A DNA stretch of 64,000 nucleotides from the human T2T-CHM13v2.0 reference genome, Homo sapiens. The notes under the pieces were generated by a model. That model saw nothing but the letters and a program-made list of their open reading frames with translations. It made no database searches and was not told the origin of the DNA. The stretch is taken from NCBI RefSeq assembly GCF_009914755.1, contig NC_060925.1. One strand, written 5' to 3'. Shown in pieces: positions 26,116 to 41,200 of this stretch (within the stretch, counting starts at the first letter, position 1; each line of letters begins with the position of its first letter). The position numbers and the translations under genes were made by a program.

Positions 26116-28792
26116 GTTAAAAAAAATTTTAATGATAATAATTTATAGCATAATTTTGCAAATGCCAAAATAAAAGAGTTTTTCACTTCAGGATCTGATT
26201 AAAAAACACCGATTCAGGAGACAGTTCAGTCTTCCCCAAACATTAACATATTTTCAATGCTGGCCTGGCTTGTTTATTTTTTAATCTACTGGATCCATTT
26301 TCTCTGCAGTTATAATTGCACTTTCTTTTTTATTTTACTAAGACAGCAAAATAAATCAAGATAGAAATCTTATAAAATTAATAATTAAACATTATCCTAA
26401 GAAGCATTAATATTGCTGATGAAACATTTTTTGAAGTCTGTTGAAAGACATTCAAAACCCATAATGAATTTGGAATGAAGAACCTGATAACCAGTGTTAA
26501 AAAAACGCATCAAAATTCAGCTCATATATCCTCCTAAAAATTACCAAGGAATACATAATTTACCCAATATCATTATATGATATTCTAAACTTAAAAATAC
26601 ATTTATAATTCTACATTTTTCTATAGTTACTTTCCTTTGGTCAAGTTTTCCTTAAATCTCTATACAAAGATATCCAAAATAACCTGAGGAAGTTAAGATT
26701 ATTACAAAATAAATCATACTAGCAAGCCACTTAATAATTTAATATGACCACATATTAAGTAGTGATGGATTTTTATTCATAATTTAAATATAGATAATTC
26801 AAATAAAAATATGTTTGTAAATACCACAATTAACAGAAAAACATAAAATCATTTGTAGAGATATTTTAATGACCTTCCTTTGTTCTTTATATAAATTCAA
26901 TGATCTATTTTTTCCTTAATTTTAAAATACTGAAGTACATTTCATACTTAAATTACACAGATTACCTCTATTTTACAAACCCAAAATGAAAAAAAAGAGA
27001 ATGTTTCTAGAAAAGAACCAGAAAATTATTAATTAATCATAGTGTTTTTTCTAATAATTTAATTATTTTACTTTTTATAACTGCCATGAATCTCTATGTA
27101 TTTGAATAAACACATGAATTTGTTACATCTACCTGACTGCTATATACCTTTTAAAAAATGCAATTACATTGCCCCACTTCATTATTCTCCACAGGCAATA
27201 GAACCTCATACACCAAATAAGTAATATGCTGGTAATAAGCATAAAAACAAAGGTCTGCTTTATATCATCCAATTCATTTTTAAAATCTCTGAATATATTA
27301 ATGTTTTCACCACAATGTTTTAGAAATTTTTCAGATGAACTTTTCAAAACAAGCATGCAAACATCTGAACTATTAGATTTTTATCTAATTTAATTTAGAT
27401 AAAATTTAGATATTATAGGTTTTAATTTTTCTTAGTCACTTTGATTTTCTTGATAATTTTTAAATCAATGACCTAATGTATCTCTATTCTTTTGTGATGT
27501 TCTTGTTCAGACTTTCAAAGTGTGTCACAATTATTTTTTACTTTTTCCAGATTAATCATACTATAACTTTCATCCCGGGAAGCATCCTTTAAAGACCATT
27601 CCAAACTAAATGTCAATCCAGTGGCAGCTTTTCTGTCACTTAGGTTTACTCAATGGCCCTTAATGGAAAAAAAAAAAAAGCCAAATAAGACTGCTTGTAC
27701 ATGGTTCCAACGTAACAGTTTGAAATATAAATTCCTTTGTAGTTTAGATTCTACCCATCTTAGAGAATACTTTCTAAAATTCTAGTGCCAAGAAAATTGT
27801 AATCTCTGAGACATTTTTGTCCAGAATTCTCAGATTTAATTTGGAGAGGTCATATATAAAATATAATTTGTCCCAATAAAGTCAAATTTCTTGATACTTA
27901 GGGAATGGAACAATAAATTTTCATAGGCTTTCACTTACTTAGAGGGGTGTGTGGAAAGATGATTGTAGCACCACTAGACACCAGTATCAAAAACACAAAA
28001 AATCAAAATTTCAATGTAATATTTGCAATAATTCAGTTTTAGTTCCTGCAGAATATATGACGATGACCAAATTTGGAATTACTGTTAATGTATATTTATG
28101 ACATATTATTTAATATTAATACCATTGAGAGTTTCAAACCTTAAGAGAAAATTTAGGCAACTTCCTTAAGCTCACATATATTCCCCAGGTAAGCAGACAT
28201 TTATAATTTTAGTTTACATTGATCCTTTACTGTTATTTTCTATTTTGTTCAAGTGATGTGTTTAGCTAGCCAATATAACTTGTTAACACAGTGAATTTCC
28301 TAGCAGTGATTCAGTAGCTGTGGCAGCAATCAGCATGGGAACACCTAAATGCTGTAGATGGCTTCTTATTGATTGCTATAAAAACACAGAAATAAAATGT
28401 AAACTCTAAAAATCTATTTACAACCATAGAAGTAATCCTTAAGTACAGGTTGCTGATTTTCAGCTGGCTTTGCTTGAGCAACTCTTTTCCTTCAAGGGCA
28501 TCCATTACACAGCAACATTTATAATGGAGCCTACAATTACAATATATTTGGAAACACCTATCTTTTAACTTAAAAAGTATGTTAACAATCACTTTCTTGA
28601 CAATCAATATAATGAACCCACTTGGCCGGGCTTTAATTTATACCCATGTTTCATTATACCAGTTATATTATGACAATGGTATAGTCATAATATAATTGGT
28701 CAAAGTTTGGACCATGTTAGGAGCACATGTTAGGAGCATTTGCCATGTTAGGAGTACAGTGGCAAATTGAAAAACCCTGGAATAAGATTTAA

Positions 28793-29169
<377 letters not shown>

Positions 29170-29480
29170 CAAGCTTTTTTTTGTCTGTTGCCATTTCTAG
29201 AATTATAAATTCAGAGAACATCAGAATACTATGACAGCTTAAATATCATTTATGCTAATATCTTTACAAATCTGGAAACTGAAGCTCAGTATCTGGGCTC
29301 AACTGTAGTCTTGCTTCTCGCATAAGAATAGTTGCTGAGAGACAAGTAACAGTGGTGGTATTCACAAATATAAAAACTGGTAAAACAGAATAACCCAATA
29401 GGAAAAATTAATGACAAGCTAATTAGGACACTCATTTTAAATAACTCATTATGCCTCAGTAGTGTGTACTGGTTTGGTAA

Positions 29481-29949
29481 TGTGTTAGTTTGGTAGGGGT
29501 GCTGTAGAGGTGTTTCAAAGCCACAAATGGTGTAGCTTAAACAATGGAAATGTATTGTCTCAAAGTTCTGGAGGCTAAAAGGCCAACATCAAAAAGTAAA
29601 CAGAGTTGATACTTTCTGAGGGCTGAGTGGAAAAATCTGTTGCATGCCTGTTCTCTACCTTCTGCTGGTTGTCTGGCAATGTTCAGCATTCCTTTACTTG
29701 TAGAGTCATCACCCTAGTCTCTGCCTTCAATTTTTCGTGGCATTCTCCCTGTATGTGATCTTCTGTGCCCAAATTTTCCCTTTTTGTAAGGATACCTGTC
29801 ATACTCAGTAAGAGCCCATCCTAATGACCTCACTATAACTAATTATTATCTTCAATGACCCTATTTCCAAAAAAGATCACATTGTGAGGTAGTGGGGGTC
29901 AAGATTTCAACATATAAATTTGAGGACAAGCACAATAAAACTCGTAACA
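29481..29949 (-). mobile_element. MLT1C-like MaLR solo LTR
   Basis: tgtgttagtt...cgtaaca termini; TSD ggtaa / ggtag. Confidence 0.88.
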
Positions 29950-31499
29950 GGTAGAATACAAATTTAGTACACAAGGATATTGCAGCATGAATTACTAACA
30001 CTCCATTTGTTAAAATGTAAATGCTCCCTGAAACATTCAGTAATTTCTCACTCATAGTGCCATTGATGTTGAAATGATTATTTTTCTCCAGAAAAATATA
30101 TTTAAAATATCACCTAGAAATTAATTATTTTCCAAGCTATTTGGAATAATAATAATATTGACATCTTTATTACCAAAACATAGAAAGTCTATCAGATACT
30201 AAGAAAAACCTGCTACTAAGCACCTAATATGTCAAATCCTGGTACTTTAGCCCTTATTCCTTAATATTGGCAGTTAATAAAATTACACATTAAACCTGGA
30301 TAGCCTTCGGCACTAGACTTTGGCAGGAATTTGCAAAAGCTAAACTTTTCTCAAGATTTAGTAATGATAACAACAACTCAAAAAGAAACAAGTAAAGATA
30401 ATGGAATAAAATCTCAGACTTGCCAAACCACAAGTTATATGAACACACATATACATATTTACCTGAACACCATTAGAAGTGAAACTTATGTCGTGTGTTC
30501 CCATTAAGAAAGAAAACACTCTGGTTAAATTTCATTAAATAAAAAACCTTGGACTGCCCAATTCAGACATCAGAAGACTCGTTAAATGCAAACTCAGAGG
30601 TCTTAATGCTAGTGTCGAGGTTTGCACCATAGAAAGCTGAGATGTATTTCATTTCCCTGAGCTTTATGAGGTTAATATGTTGTAAATGTGTAATCAAGTA
30701 ATAGATAAGCCTGATACTTTAAGGCTGTAGCTGTAGACATTTGGTTGAGAGCAACAGTGCTTGGGGCATGGTTTTATAGAGGGGCTGTATTTCATCACAC
30801 TATCCTTCTACTCTAGCTTATAATAGTAAATACAGTCGAGCTCATTTAAAAATATCTTCAAAGATTGTGGAGAGAAAGATAGTTCTGGTTTACCAGTAGT
30901 ACAAATAGCTTTTTTCTTGTTTAGCACTTTCTCCACTGAATAAATAATAACAACCAGAAACATTAACACTTTGGAAGTAATATTAGCTCTTTCAGTTTAT
31001 CCAAGTGTCCAAATGGGTCACTTTTAACTATGAAGTCTTTGTAGAATCCTTTTTACCTTCATTATTGTCATATTTTATCAAGATGTGCTCATCTTCCACA
31101 ACATTTTCATCACCAAGTAATCATTTTGTTCAATTTCTTTATTATTTTTGGTATCTTTTATTTGTAATTTATTGCAATAATTACTTTAGAAAGTCTTTTG
31201 ACTTCATGAAGCAAAACTCTCTAACGCGATTTCATTAAAATTTATAGAATAAGGAATTGGGAACATAGAAAAGCACTAAATAAATGATCTGAGTTGTTTA
31301 TGGATCTAAATCAGAGAAAGCTTATGTCTATGTGAATTCACTCTACTGTAGTGTTTTCCTGAAGGCAGCTACTAGTTATAGTAATGCTATAGTGTAATAC
31401 ACCACAAGATATAGTAAGGACATATTAGTATATTATAACACACTTCAAAAGAGTGAGGGTGGAAAAGTGGACTGTGTACCTTTTAGAAAAATGATAATA

Positions 31500-31640
31500 A
31501 TAATAAAGTAATTAACAATTAACATGTGTTTGATACACATAAGGGGTCTGGCACTGTGCTAAGTACTTTGTACAGATATGACAGTAATAACAACAATTCT
31601 GCAAAGTTGGTGATATTGTTATTTACAAAATGAGCTCAAA
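31500..31640 (-). mobile_element. MIR fragment
   Basis: 'ggcactgtgctaagtacttt...atttacaaaatgag'. Confidence 0.6.
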
Positions 31641-32076
31641 TAATCAAATACAAAAGTATCTTTTTAACCTCCTCCTGAATAAATGTATTTAAATAAAATA
31701 AATCAAGATATGGAATCTCAGAAATCACTTTTTAAGGAAGTACTTGATTTTGATATTAGATTGGAAGCACTAAAGTGCAATTGAATTAAAAAGGTTTAGA
31801 GAATAATAAATATATTCTTTCTTATGTTTTGCATCTGCCCTCTCACTAATAATTGCAAGAGAAAAAGCAGAAAATTTATTCCAATTTAAGATTTCCTTAA
31901 AAAATTTCTTTAAAATCTCATCGATGGTCTTCTTTATGACAAATACCTTATGATGAAAGGCATAAAAGAAACATTTTCTAAAGGAAATTTTATTAAAGTA
32001 ACTGAAGAAAGATTATTTTAGACTTCCAATAGGTAATCAAAGAAAAAATTAAAAATATTAAACTATAAAATAAATA

Positions 32077-32379
32077 GGCCAGTTACAGTGTCTCACACCT
32101 GTAATCCCAGCACTTCGGGAGGCCAAGGCAGGAAGATCACTTGAGGTCATGAGTTTGAGACTAGCCTGGTCAAAATGGTGAAATCCCATCTCTACTGAAA
32201 ATACCAAACTTTGTGGTGGCATGCATCTATAATCCCCTCTACTTGGAAGGCTGAGGCACAAGAATCACTTGAACCTGGGAGGCAGAGGTTGCAGTGAGTT
32301 GAGAACATGCCACAGCACTCCAGCATGGGTGACAGAGTGAGACTCCATCTCAAGAAAGAAAAAGAAAAAGAAAAGAAAA
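32077..32379 (+). mobile_element. AluS (Sz/Sx-like), diverged
   Basis: Alu dimer; (GAAAA)-type tail; TSD attaaactataaaataaat / attaaactgtaaataaat. Confidence 0.93.
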
Positions 32380-33459
32380 ATTAAACTGTAAATAAATTTT
32401 TTCATAATAAGGCAAAAAACTACACCTTTTAAAATTTCCATATGGCTTCTAATAATTTACCCTCAATGATAACCACTGAATCTCACTTTAATTGAATAAA
32501 AGGGCCACTATGATCTTTTGAAAATAACTAAATTTAAGACATTACTTTAATGCATATATTTATAATATTTTTTTCTTCAATAACACAACAAATGGACAAA
32601 TTAGTACAATCCCCAGCCTCCATGGTCCCTGACCAACATCATACAAGACATCTTAATTCATTAGTCACCCTAGATCACTTTTTTTATAATAGGTCTTAGG
32701 TTCATTAACCACCATATTTTGTATGAGGGCTTAAGGTATGAACCAAAAGCCATGAAGAAGTTGCCAGTGTCCTGAACTTAATCCTGTCCTCATTCTAATC
32801 CCGCCACATCTTCTGCCAACAGAACTCAGAAACGAACAAATTTGAAAACGATTAGTTTTTTTTTGTTTGTTTGTTTGTTTTGCCTCACTGTCATAATTTC
32901 TCCGCAAATGCAATGGCTCGGTCTTTAGGCAGCATTTCTTTTCCATTTTGTTAATTTTCCCACCACCATTAATGTGGATTATTACCTTTGCAATATTTTT
33001 ATACAATTAAGTGACGTTTATTACCAATTCTTTACAACACTATTTTGTTATATGCATAGTTTTATTGTTTTGTCTAAGTAACATTCTTTCCTTTTTTCCT
33101 TTTTATTTTTGTCAAAATATAACATTGTTTTCTTCTTTAGCTTTGCCTATCTGCATTTTTCTAATATTCTCATATAGTCAAAATATAAATAATAAACATT
33201 ACAATCTTTTTAAAAATTAGAAGTTATAATTTCAAGAGATGGAGAAATACCACAACTTTCATTGTATGGTGTATACATGTTCTAAAAAATAGACAATTTT
33301 ACTCAATGTTAAATATGTAACTTGCTAAATCTTAAAGAATCTTTAATTACATAAAGCCCTCAATAAAAATGGGGAGGGAAAAATAACAGTTAAAATTTTT
33401 TATATCAAAGATGATAAATACTTATCTATGAAATTCAGTATAGACCAATGGCTTAAAAA

Positions 33460-33990
<531 letters not shown>

Positions 33991-34419
33991 AAAGCTGAAG
34001 TATTAGGAAACCATTGACTTTTTAGATTTTTAAGATTCTAAATTAATAAACTAGGGAATTCTACAATAACAAAAGAAGAAAGAGGAAAAGGAGAAGGAGA
34101 AGTAGTAGGGACCCCTACCTCTTCATTTATCTGCTCTGGATGAATTTCTGAAAGGCTCCTCTATCTCCTTCTAGTCTCTGTTTCTCCCATTGATTTTCAT
34201 TCCTTTTCTCTCTACAATATGGCCTGTGGTCTCATATTCACAGAATACTCAAGCCATTTAGATATGTGGAAAGATAATGCAATTAGTCAGTTGGGTTTGC
34301 TCAAAAACCTTTAGCCACCTTTTAAAAACCTCAGTGGCAGTAAGATGTAAGTTGAATTATCAGTGTAGGCAAGTGGCTATTGAATTGAATATTGTAAATT
34401 TACTGGGGACTTTATTATT

Positions 34420-34566
34420 CGCAGTTTCAGTATCTAGCTCACTTCTAACAACTTATCAGTGTTGAGTTATGCTGGGAACACTCAAGCTGTCTTGAAATTT
34501 TCTCCTCCCTTGGCTTTCAAGCATCACTCTCTTATTTGCCTTCCAATTCTCTCAATTCTTTCTTTC

Positions 34567-34616
<50 letters not shown>

Positions 34617-35370
34617 TTTCTTTCTTTCTTCCTTTCTTTCTTCCTTTCTTTCTTTCCGTCTTTCTTTCTTCTCTTTCTTTCTTCACTTTCTTTCTTTCTT
34701 TCTTCCTTTCTTCCTTTCTTTCTTTCCGTCTTTCTTTCTTCTCTTTCTTTCTTTCTCTTTCTTTCCTCCCTCCTTTCTTTCTTTCTTTCTTTCTTTTTCG
34801 TTCTTTCTTTCTTTTCTTTCTCTCTCTTTCTTCCCTCCCTCCCTCCTTTCTTTCTTTTTCTTTCTTTTCTTTCTTTCTTTCTTTTTCTTTTTCTTTTTTC
34901 TTTCTTTCTCTTTCTTTCTTTCTTTTTCTTTCTCTCTCTCTTTCTTTCCTCCCTCCCTCCCTCCTTCCCTCCTTCCTTCCTTCCTTTATTTCGAGGGCAG
35001 TGGTTACTCTTATATTAGACATTCCTTAACTGCTGGTGTAAACCAAGATATTACTTGTGCCCCTTTTCATTTTACCCCATACAGCTTCCTCCAAGTGAGT
35101 GAGCTCATCATTTCTCCCACTGTGAACTTCTCTTTATCCTGTTTCCACCTTAGAGTGAATGATATTACTAACCACTTTTGTACCAAAATCTGAAATAAAA
35201 GTTTTTCTCTTGATTCATCCCTTTCCTTTATCTCATCATACTGCAATAGTCACCAAGTTCCCTTTCTCCTACCTCTAAATATATCTCAAAGCAATTCTTT
35301 ATTTTGCCTTCATCCATACTGCTCTTCTCCCAGCTTACATTATTTCTTACCTAGGTCTATATTATATGTT
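34420..35370 (+). mobile_element. L2 fragment containing the expanded pyrimidine tract
   Basis: 'cttgaaattttctcctcccttggctttc' on the left; 'tcttgattcatccctttcct..gtcaccaagttcc..cctctaaatatatctc' on the right. Confidence 0.7.
34556..34987. repeat. Compound (TTTC)n/(CCCT)n polypyrimidine tract, ~430 bp
   Basis: Almost purine-free on the + strand. Confidence 0.97.
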
Positions 35371-35989
35371 TTATTAAGGAATTTATTAGGTAAAAATAAT
35401 CAAATAGCCTCAGGAGTGTAATCACATATATGAAAACCTAACTATCATTCACTGTACTCCCAGATTCCATGAGACCGGTCACATTTCTTCTGGGCTACTA
35501 TATTTTAGGCCTTCATCATGCAGGAAGACTGCTTAAGCCTACACTAAATACCAAACTTGAGTGAATCTGAATAAATGAGAGCCATCAACCAACTTATTAA
35601 TTATGTTTTTCTTTACAGCCCCACAGATAGTGTGGGTTAACGGAGTCACATCTGAAGGAGGAAAAGGAAAGTAGCATATACTGTTACTGATTAAATGTCT
35701 GACTATCCTGGGTACATTACTTGTATTATTTTGCTACACTACACAGTTTTTGAGGACAAAGTTTGTGTCCTGTTCAGTTCTATAGCCCCACCGCAATGTT
35801 TTTGATGTAATAAATATTCAATAAAATTTACTTATTAATTAGTGAAGTTTTATAACACCTTTATGAGGTAGTTCTACTACTATAACAATTTAACAGATAA
35901 GCATATTAATATTTGAAGAATTAATCTATATTAAGTTTCCCCATTTTGTAAAGTTCCTATGTCCTTCTGAGGATATATGACCTGTCTGA

Positions 35990-36470
35990 ATAAGACAAGC
36001 CAAAGTTGCTATTCCCACAAATTTCAAAATCCAATGAAGGAGACAGGACAAAACAAGCAAAAGATGGATGGGTGAATAAGTGCAGCATCCTGCTTTACTC
36101 ACTATTCTTATTTCTAAGGTGACTTAAAAATTCACAGAATAGCCAACAATCAGCGATTTAGCAACAGTTTATTGGTACCTATAGAGATAACTAAGCTATT
36201 TTTCAGATTGTGATAATCTCTATGAATAAAATCAAACAGAATTATGTTACAGAGCGATTGAGGAGAAGTAGGATAATATTACATGTTATAATCAGGAAAG
36301 GGCAAACTGAGGTGAGGACATTTGTATGAACAGTGAAGGAGTAAATCATGTGAAAATCTTGGGGGAAAGGGACTCCAGGGAGATAAATAAATAAATGCAA
36401 ATGCTCAAGAAACCAAAAGAATGTCAGAGTGGCAGGTCCTAGTGGGTATGAAAAGAGTGGAATCTGATAA
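35990..36470 (-). mobile_element. L2 3' fragment
   Basis: 'aatcaggaaagggcaaactgaggtgaggacatttg..gaaggagtaaatcatgtgaaaatcttgggggaaag'. Confidence 0.7.
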
Positions 36471-37968
36471 AGTCCTATTCATAACTTGATTTAAAAAAAG
36501 AAGAAGAGTAGAATCTAATTCAAAAGGCCATGTTGTTATAGGTCAATTCAACAGCCATATAAAATCTTAGTGTAAAATTTTATTTATCTTCTTGGAAAAC
36601 AGACTTATATACTTATGGTTATTTTGCATCCTGGAGTTGTAAATGTCAAAATAGTTATCCTAATGAAGTAAACTCACAGAGCGAGCAGACAAACAGTAAC
36701 TTATGTCCAATTTTAAACATAAAAAATCTTGAAAATTGAAATCATTTGTGTGTGCATGCACATATAAATCTTTACCATAAAATATATAAAAGATTAATAT
36801 CTGTGTATACAGATATTTCATAGAAATAATTTCCAAAGCCTACATTTTCTTTCAAGAGTCATGTGAATTTAGAAATGTTATGTTATTTTAACATCCCCTA
36901 GTGGTTCTTTGATAAAACTGGGGGATTGCTTGACAAATTTAAAATGTAAGTCTAAGTAAATACATTTTCTTCTCAGAATAAAGTGTATATTCAATTTACC
37001 CCAAGCAAAAAGGTAAAATAAAATAGGACAAAATAAAGTAACTGTTTATTCTTATAAGACAACAAGGTATTAAAAGAGATAAAGCAACTTTCCTTCAAAA
37101 TATACAATATTTCACATTCACTTCAGAAATTAGAAAATAAAGAAATATAGAAAATAAAAGTTGCTGTCTAAATATCATCAGCTATGGATTTCCCTCTGAC
37201 AGTAAACTGGAAGCAATAATGTAATTGACTAGTTTTTCCTCTTATGAAACCCTATTTCTATCAGAAATATGTAAGAGTAGAAAAACAAAAAAGTTTAAAA
37301 TCTCACAATAACAGATATTTGCAGGCTTTTCATCCATAGGCAACGTATTTTTGTCAAATAATTACATACAATTAGTAAGATAACATGTATTTATCTTTTC
37401 CAAATTACATTTGGAGGACCTGTGGCACAGAGTTGTTAGGTTACAAAGGAAGTTTGGAGTCAGTCTAAGACTCCCAGTTATCCTCTTTGCTAACTTTCTG
37501 CTACTTCCATTCAATGATGGTCCTCATAATTTTTTTTTCTACCTGAGCAGTTATATATATTTCGGAATCTATCAATTAATTGACATGATATTTATGAGTA
37601 ACTGTGACATGTACCTTTCTCTCTTGTGATTCTTAAAGATGCAAGAGTTGTTCTAACCATCTTAAATGTACTTGAAAGAGGAGCTTTATAATCTCCAACC
37701 TTGTTACAAAAAAGCATGAAAAAAATAAGTCTTGATTCTAATCCTACATCTGTTGTATATATTTTATTCCAAAGATTTTTATTCTTTCTGCACATTCATG
37801 GGATCTGTAGACACTTGCTTACATTGTCAACTATCAATTCACAGTCTAGTTTCATTAACATATAAATAGATGGCCTTTAACAAGGCTTAAAGACTTTTGA
37901 GAAAATCCAAGCAACCAATTATATCATCCATCTACATAATTTCAAATGGGCTAGATTATAAAAGATGC

Positions 37969-38277
<309 letters not shown>

Positions 38278-41200
38278 AAAAGATGCTAAAAATGTTGATG
38301 GCATGACTTATGACTTACAATCTATACCCTACCCTGTTAGAGAGGTTGAGATATAAATTGTTCTATGTTCAGAGCTTCAGAAACATAGGTATTTATCTGG
38401 GTAAAAAAAGCTCATTTTCTTCACCCTTAGTGGTAGAAAGGGTATGCATTTTGTTCAGCAGATTTGGTTTTATGCACTCATGCTCAGGTTGAAAAGTATA
38501 AATGTATAAATGTACAATAATAAAGTAATGATAACAGCTATGTTCCATTTTCCATTTCTATCTTAATTGCTCCAGGTAGGTAATTTTACTGTGTATATAA
38601 ATCATTAGTCTTCAGCAGTCACCCCTTTCTCTAGTTATTCTTAGGCTCCAAAGCAGTTTTATTTTGCTAAGAGCCATTTCTGATTGTCTCTGGAGTGATG
38701 GCAGGGGTGAGGGAGGATTCAAATTAGTTTCAAGGTACATTTACTTCTATTACTCAGACATAATACCCCAATGACATATAGACCATTTCTTAGTCAAATA
38801 CTAATTTACAATTGTCCTGTGTCTATATAACCAGCATGCACTGCGAAATCTTTTCTGACTAGGTTTGATTTCAGTGATAAAAACTACGAATTTTTGATGA
38901 TTCCAGGCTTCTTAGTGAAAAGCAAAACAAAACAAAACAAAAAACAACAATTTTGCCCATAATCATACAAAAAAAACAAGGAAAGGTTTCAGGGAGAAGT
39001 CCAGAAGATTATCTGTGTAATAAATAGATTTCCAAAATGTGGCCAAATGAAATGCCCAATGAACTTTAAGGGCTTAATTAAGCCAGTTCAGTCAGAAATG
39101 CCATGAAAATAAAATTAAGTGTAATCAATAGAACTTGGACAAGCCATTTGCAGATTCTGAACCTTAATTCATATTAGGACTCTCTGGCTTACTAAGATTT
39201 AATGTGAGTGTTTCCATAACTTTTGTGTTCCTACAACTGTACATTGCAGGTATTTAGGGTACAATTAAGTTTAGAGTAGCTTTTTGCAAGGAATAACAGA
39301 ATGAATAAAAGAATAATGTTATTTTCTTTTCAAGGCTTTCTGGATTTTTGCCTATATTTTCCTATAAGAAGCACTTATGTGAAAGTAAGTTGAAAAGTGA
39401 GACTCTATGGTCTTCTATTTCCCTTCTAGTTCTAAAAAAGAAAATAATAATGTAGCACTAGCAAGGATAAGTGAACAAGACAATTTCTATGCCTTGTGCA
39501 TAACAATCACTTGATAAATATTTGGTGAATTGACACTGTAGTACATAGTGGGCAAAAACTGAGAGTAGAAATGACTAAAGGCACAGGAAGATAAGCACAG
39601 GCAGAAGTACCCTTAAGGAGGTCAGAATGGGCTCACTCAAGTTAGTCTCAAACTCATACCAGTTTAAAGAAAAAAAATAGAAGTCTTTTGGGCAGTTTTC
39701 AATCTTTGATGTCCTCAGATTGTGTAATGACAGCCCCAGCTTTATGAGTAAATGAACCCTGTTGTGGAGGACTCTGTGATGTGCCTAATTTTGTTCCCCA
39801 TGTTTATCTGATTTACAGGTTTCCCAGTCATTATTTCAGATCACTCATTTAAGCGCCTCACATGGAACCTTGAACCTCTCACATTTTGTCTGGGCTCCTG
39901 AAATCCTGCCCTTATCTGGAAAATTTAATTCACGGGTAAAAGGAGTTTGGAGAGTGGGGTGTGTTAGGTAATAGGAGGGATATAGCATCCTGACCTTGTG
40001 TCCTGTGGTCCCAGCAACTGAATAGGGACAAAAGTTAAAATGTATAGATTAAAACCACATCCACACTACAATCTGACTATCTTTAAGGATCCGTTTAGGA
40101 AGTCAGGGCAATTACTGAGCCTTGCATGATGAAATGGTGGGTATGCTCCTAAGGGATCCATTAAGGTTCCCCAGCGCTGACAATCTTGTCTGGCCCAGCT
40201 ACCTTCCTCCCCTCTTCTCCAGCACTTGTGACCTGCACTCAAGCATATGTCACACTTGGTAACAACTGATGCTTGACCTGACACACTCCTCTGCCAGTGC
40301 TCCTTTTCTTCATTCTACTCCCTTAGGAAGAGTTAAGTGGCTTTAATTTGCATTTTTTAAAGCTACTGCATGTTGAAACTTTCCTTTTTGAAACTTTTGG
40401 CTTCTTTACCAAGGCTGATGGTTTGGATGAGGAGAAAAACATCTAGCAATTGTTAACCTGCTCTTCCACTAGATATGACAAATCTTTCTCACCAAATTTG
40501 TGTCATATTTTACAATTACATTTTCCTCTTGAAAACTAGGCTTCAGTTTGTGACTTTCAAGCAAATGACAAAGGATCTTCCTGAGCAATATTAAAGATAA
40601 CTCCTTCTGCAGCAATGGCGCCTCCCACCCTCATCTCCTTTGCTCTGCCTATTAAGATTCATTCATCTTATGAGATTTCAGCTACAAATCAGTAGAAAAA
40701 TGAAAAAAACACATGGCTACATCTTAGCAAGTACCTCCTTTATCTTATTAATTTACATTTATTTTCTTCTACCTATATATAAAGCAGTAGCATACATATA
40801 TATGATAAATAGAAAATCATATTACATAATTTCAATTATTGATAATTCACTAAATGTCTGGCTTTGGCAAAACCACCTGGTTTATCAAATGCAATATTTT
40901 ATTTGCTATCCAAAGTATTCTACAAAAAAATGTTAACTAGATTTTATAAATGGAAAATTAAAGTTTATGACATAAAGTCATCTGCTTAAAAATAACCCAG
41001 CTAATTAATGCAAGATCAAAGATGCAAATGTAGTTTTATGTTTCATAAAGGCCATAATCTTAAGCAAAATAAAGCATTATCTCCTGATATTAATTCTTAA
41101 GCATATACATTAAATTTAGTGAATGAATGTCCAAGGAAGAAGGCTGAACTTAGTCTACAATATAAAATCACCAGTTTGTCATAGGTTCTTATTTTATTTT

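Noticed and set aside
27129-27356. 75-aa minus-strand ORF with a hydrophobic stretch (TFVFMLITSILLIWCM)
   Set aside because: No recognisable homology, poor upstream acceptor, and AT-rich DNA yields F/I/L-rich ORFs by chance. A BLASTP or PhyloCSF hit would reopen it.
27378-27404. AT-rich hairpin ttttatctaa..ttagataaaa
   Set aside because: Low complexity; expected by chance in very AT-rich DNA.
34459-35193. Long ORFs of 244, 160 and 156 aa (F/S/L-rich or K/E/R-rich)
   Set aside because: Translations of the (TTTC)n tract, which cannot contain stop codons; not genes.
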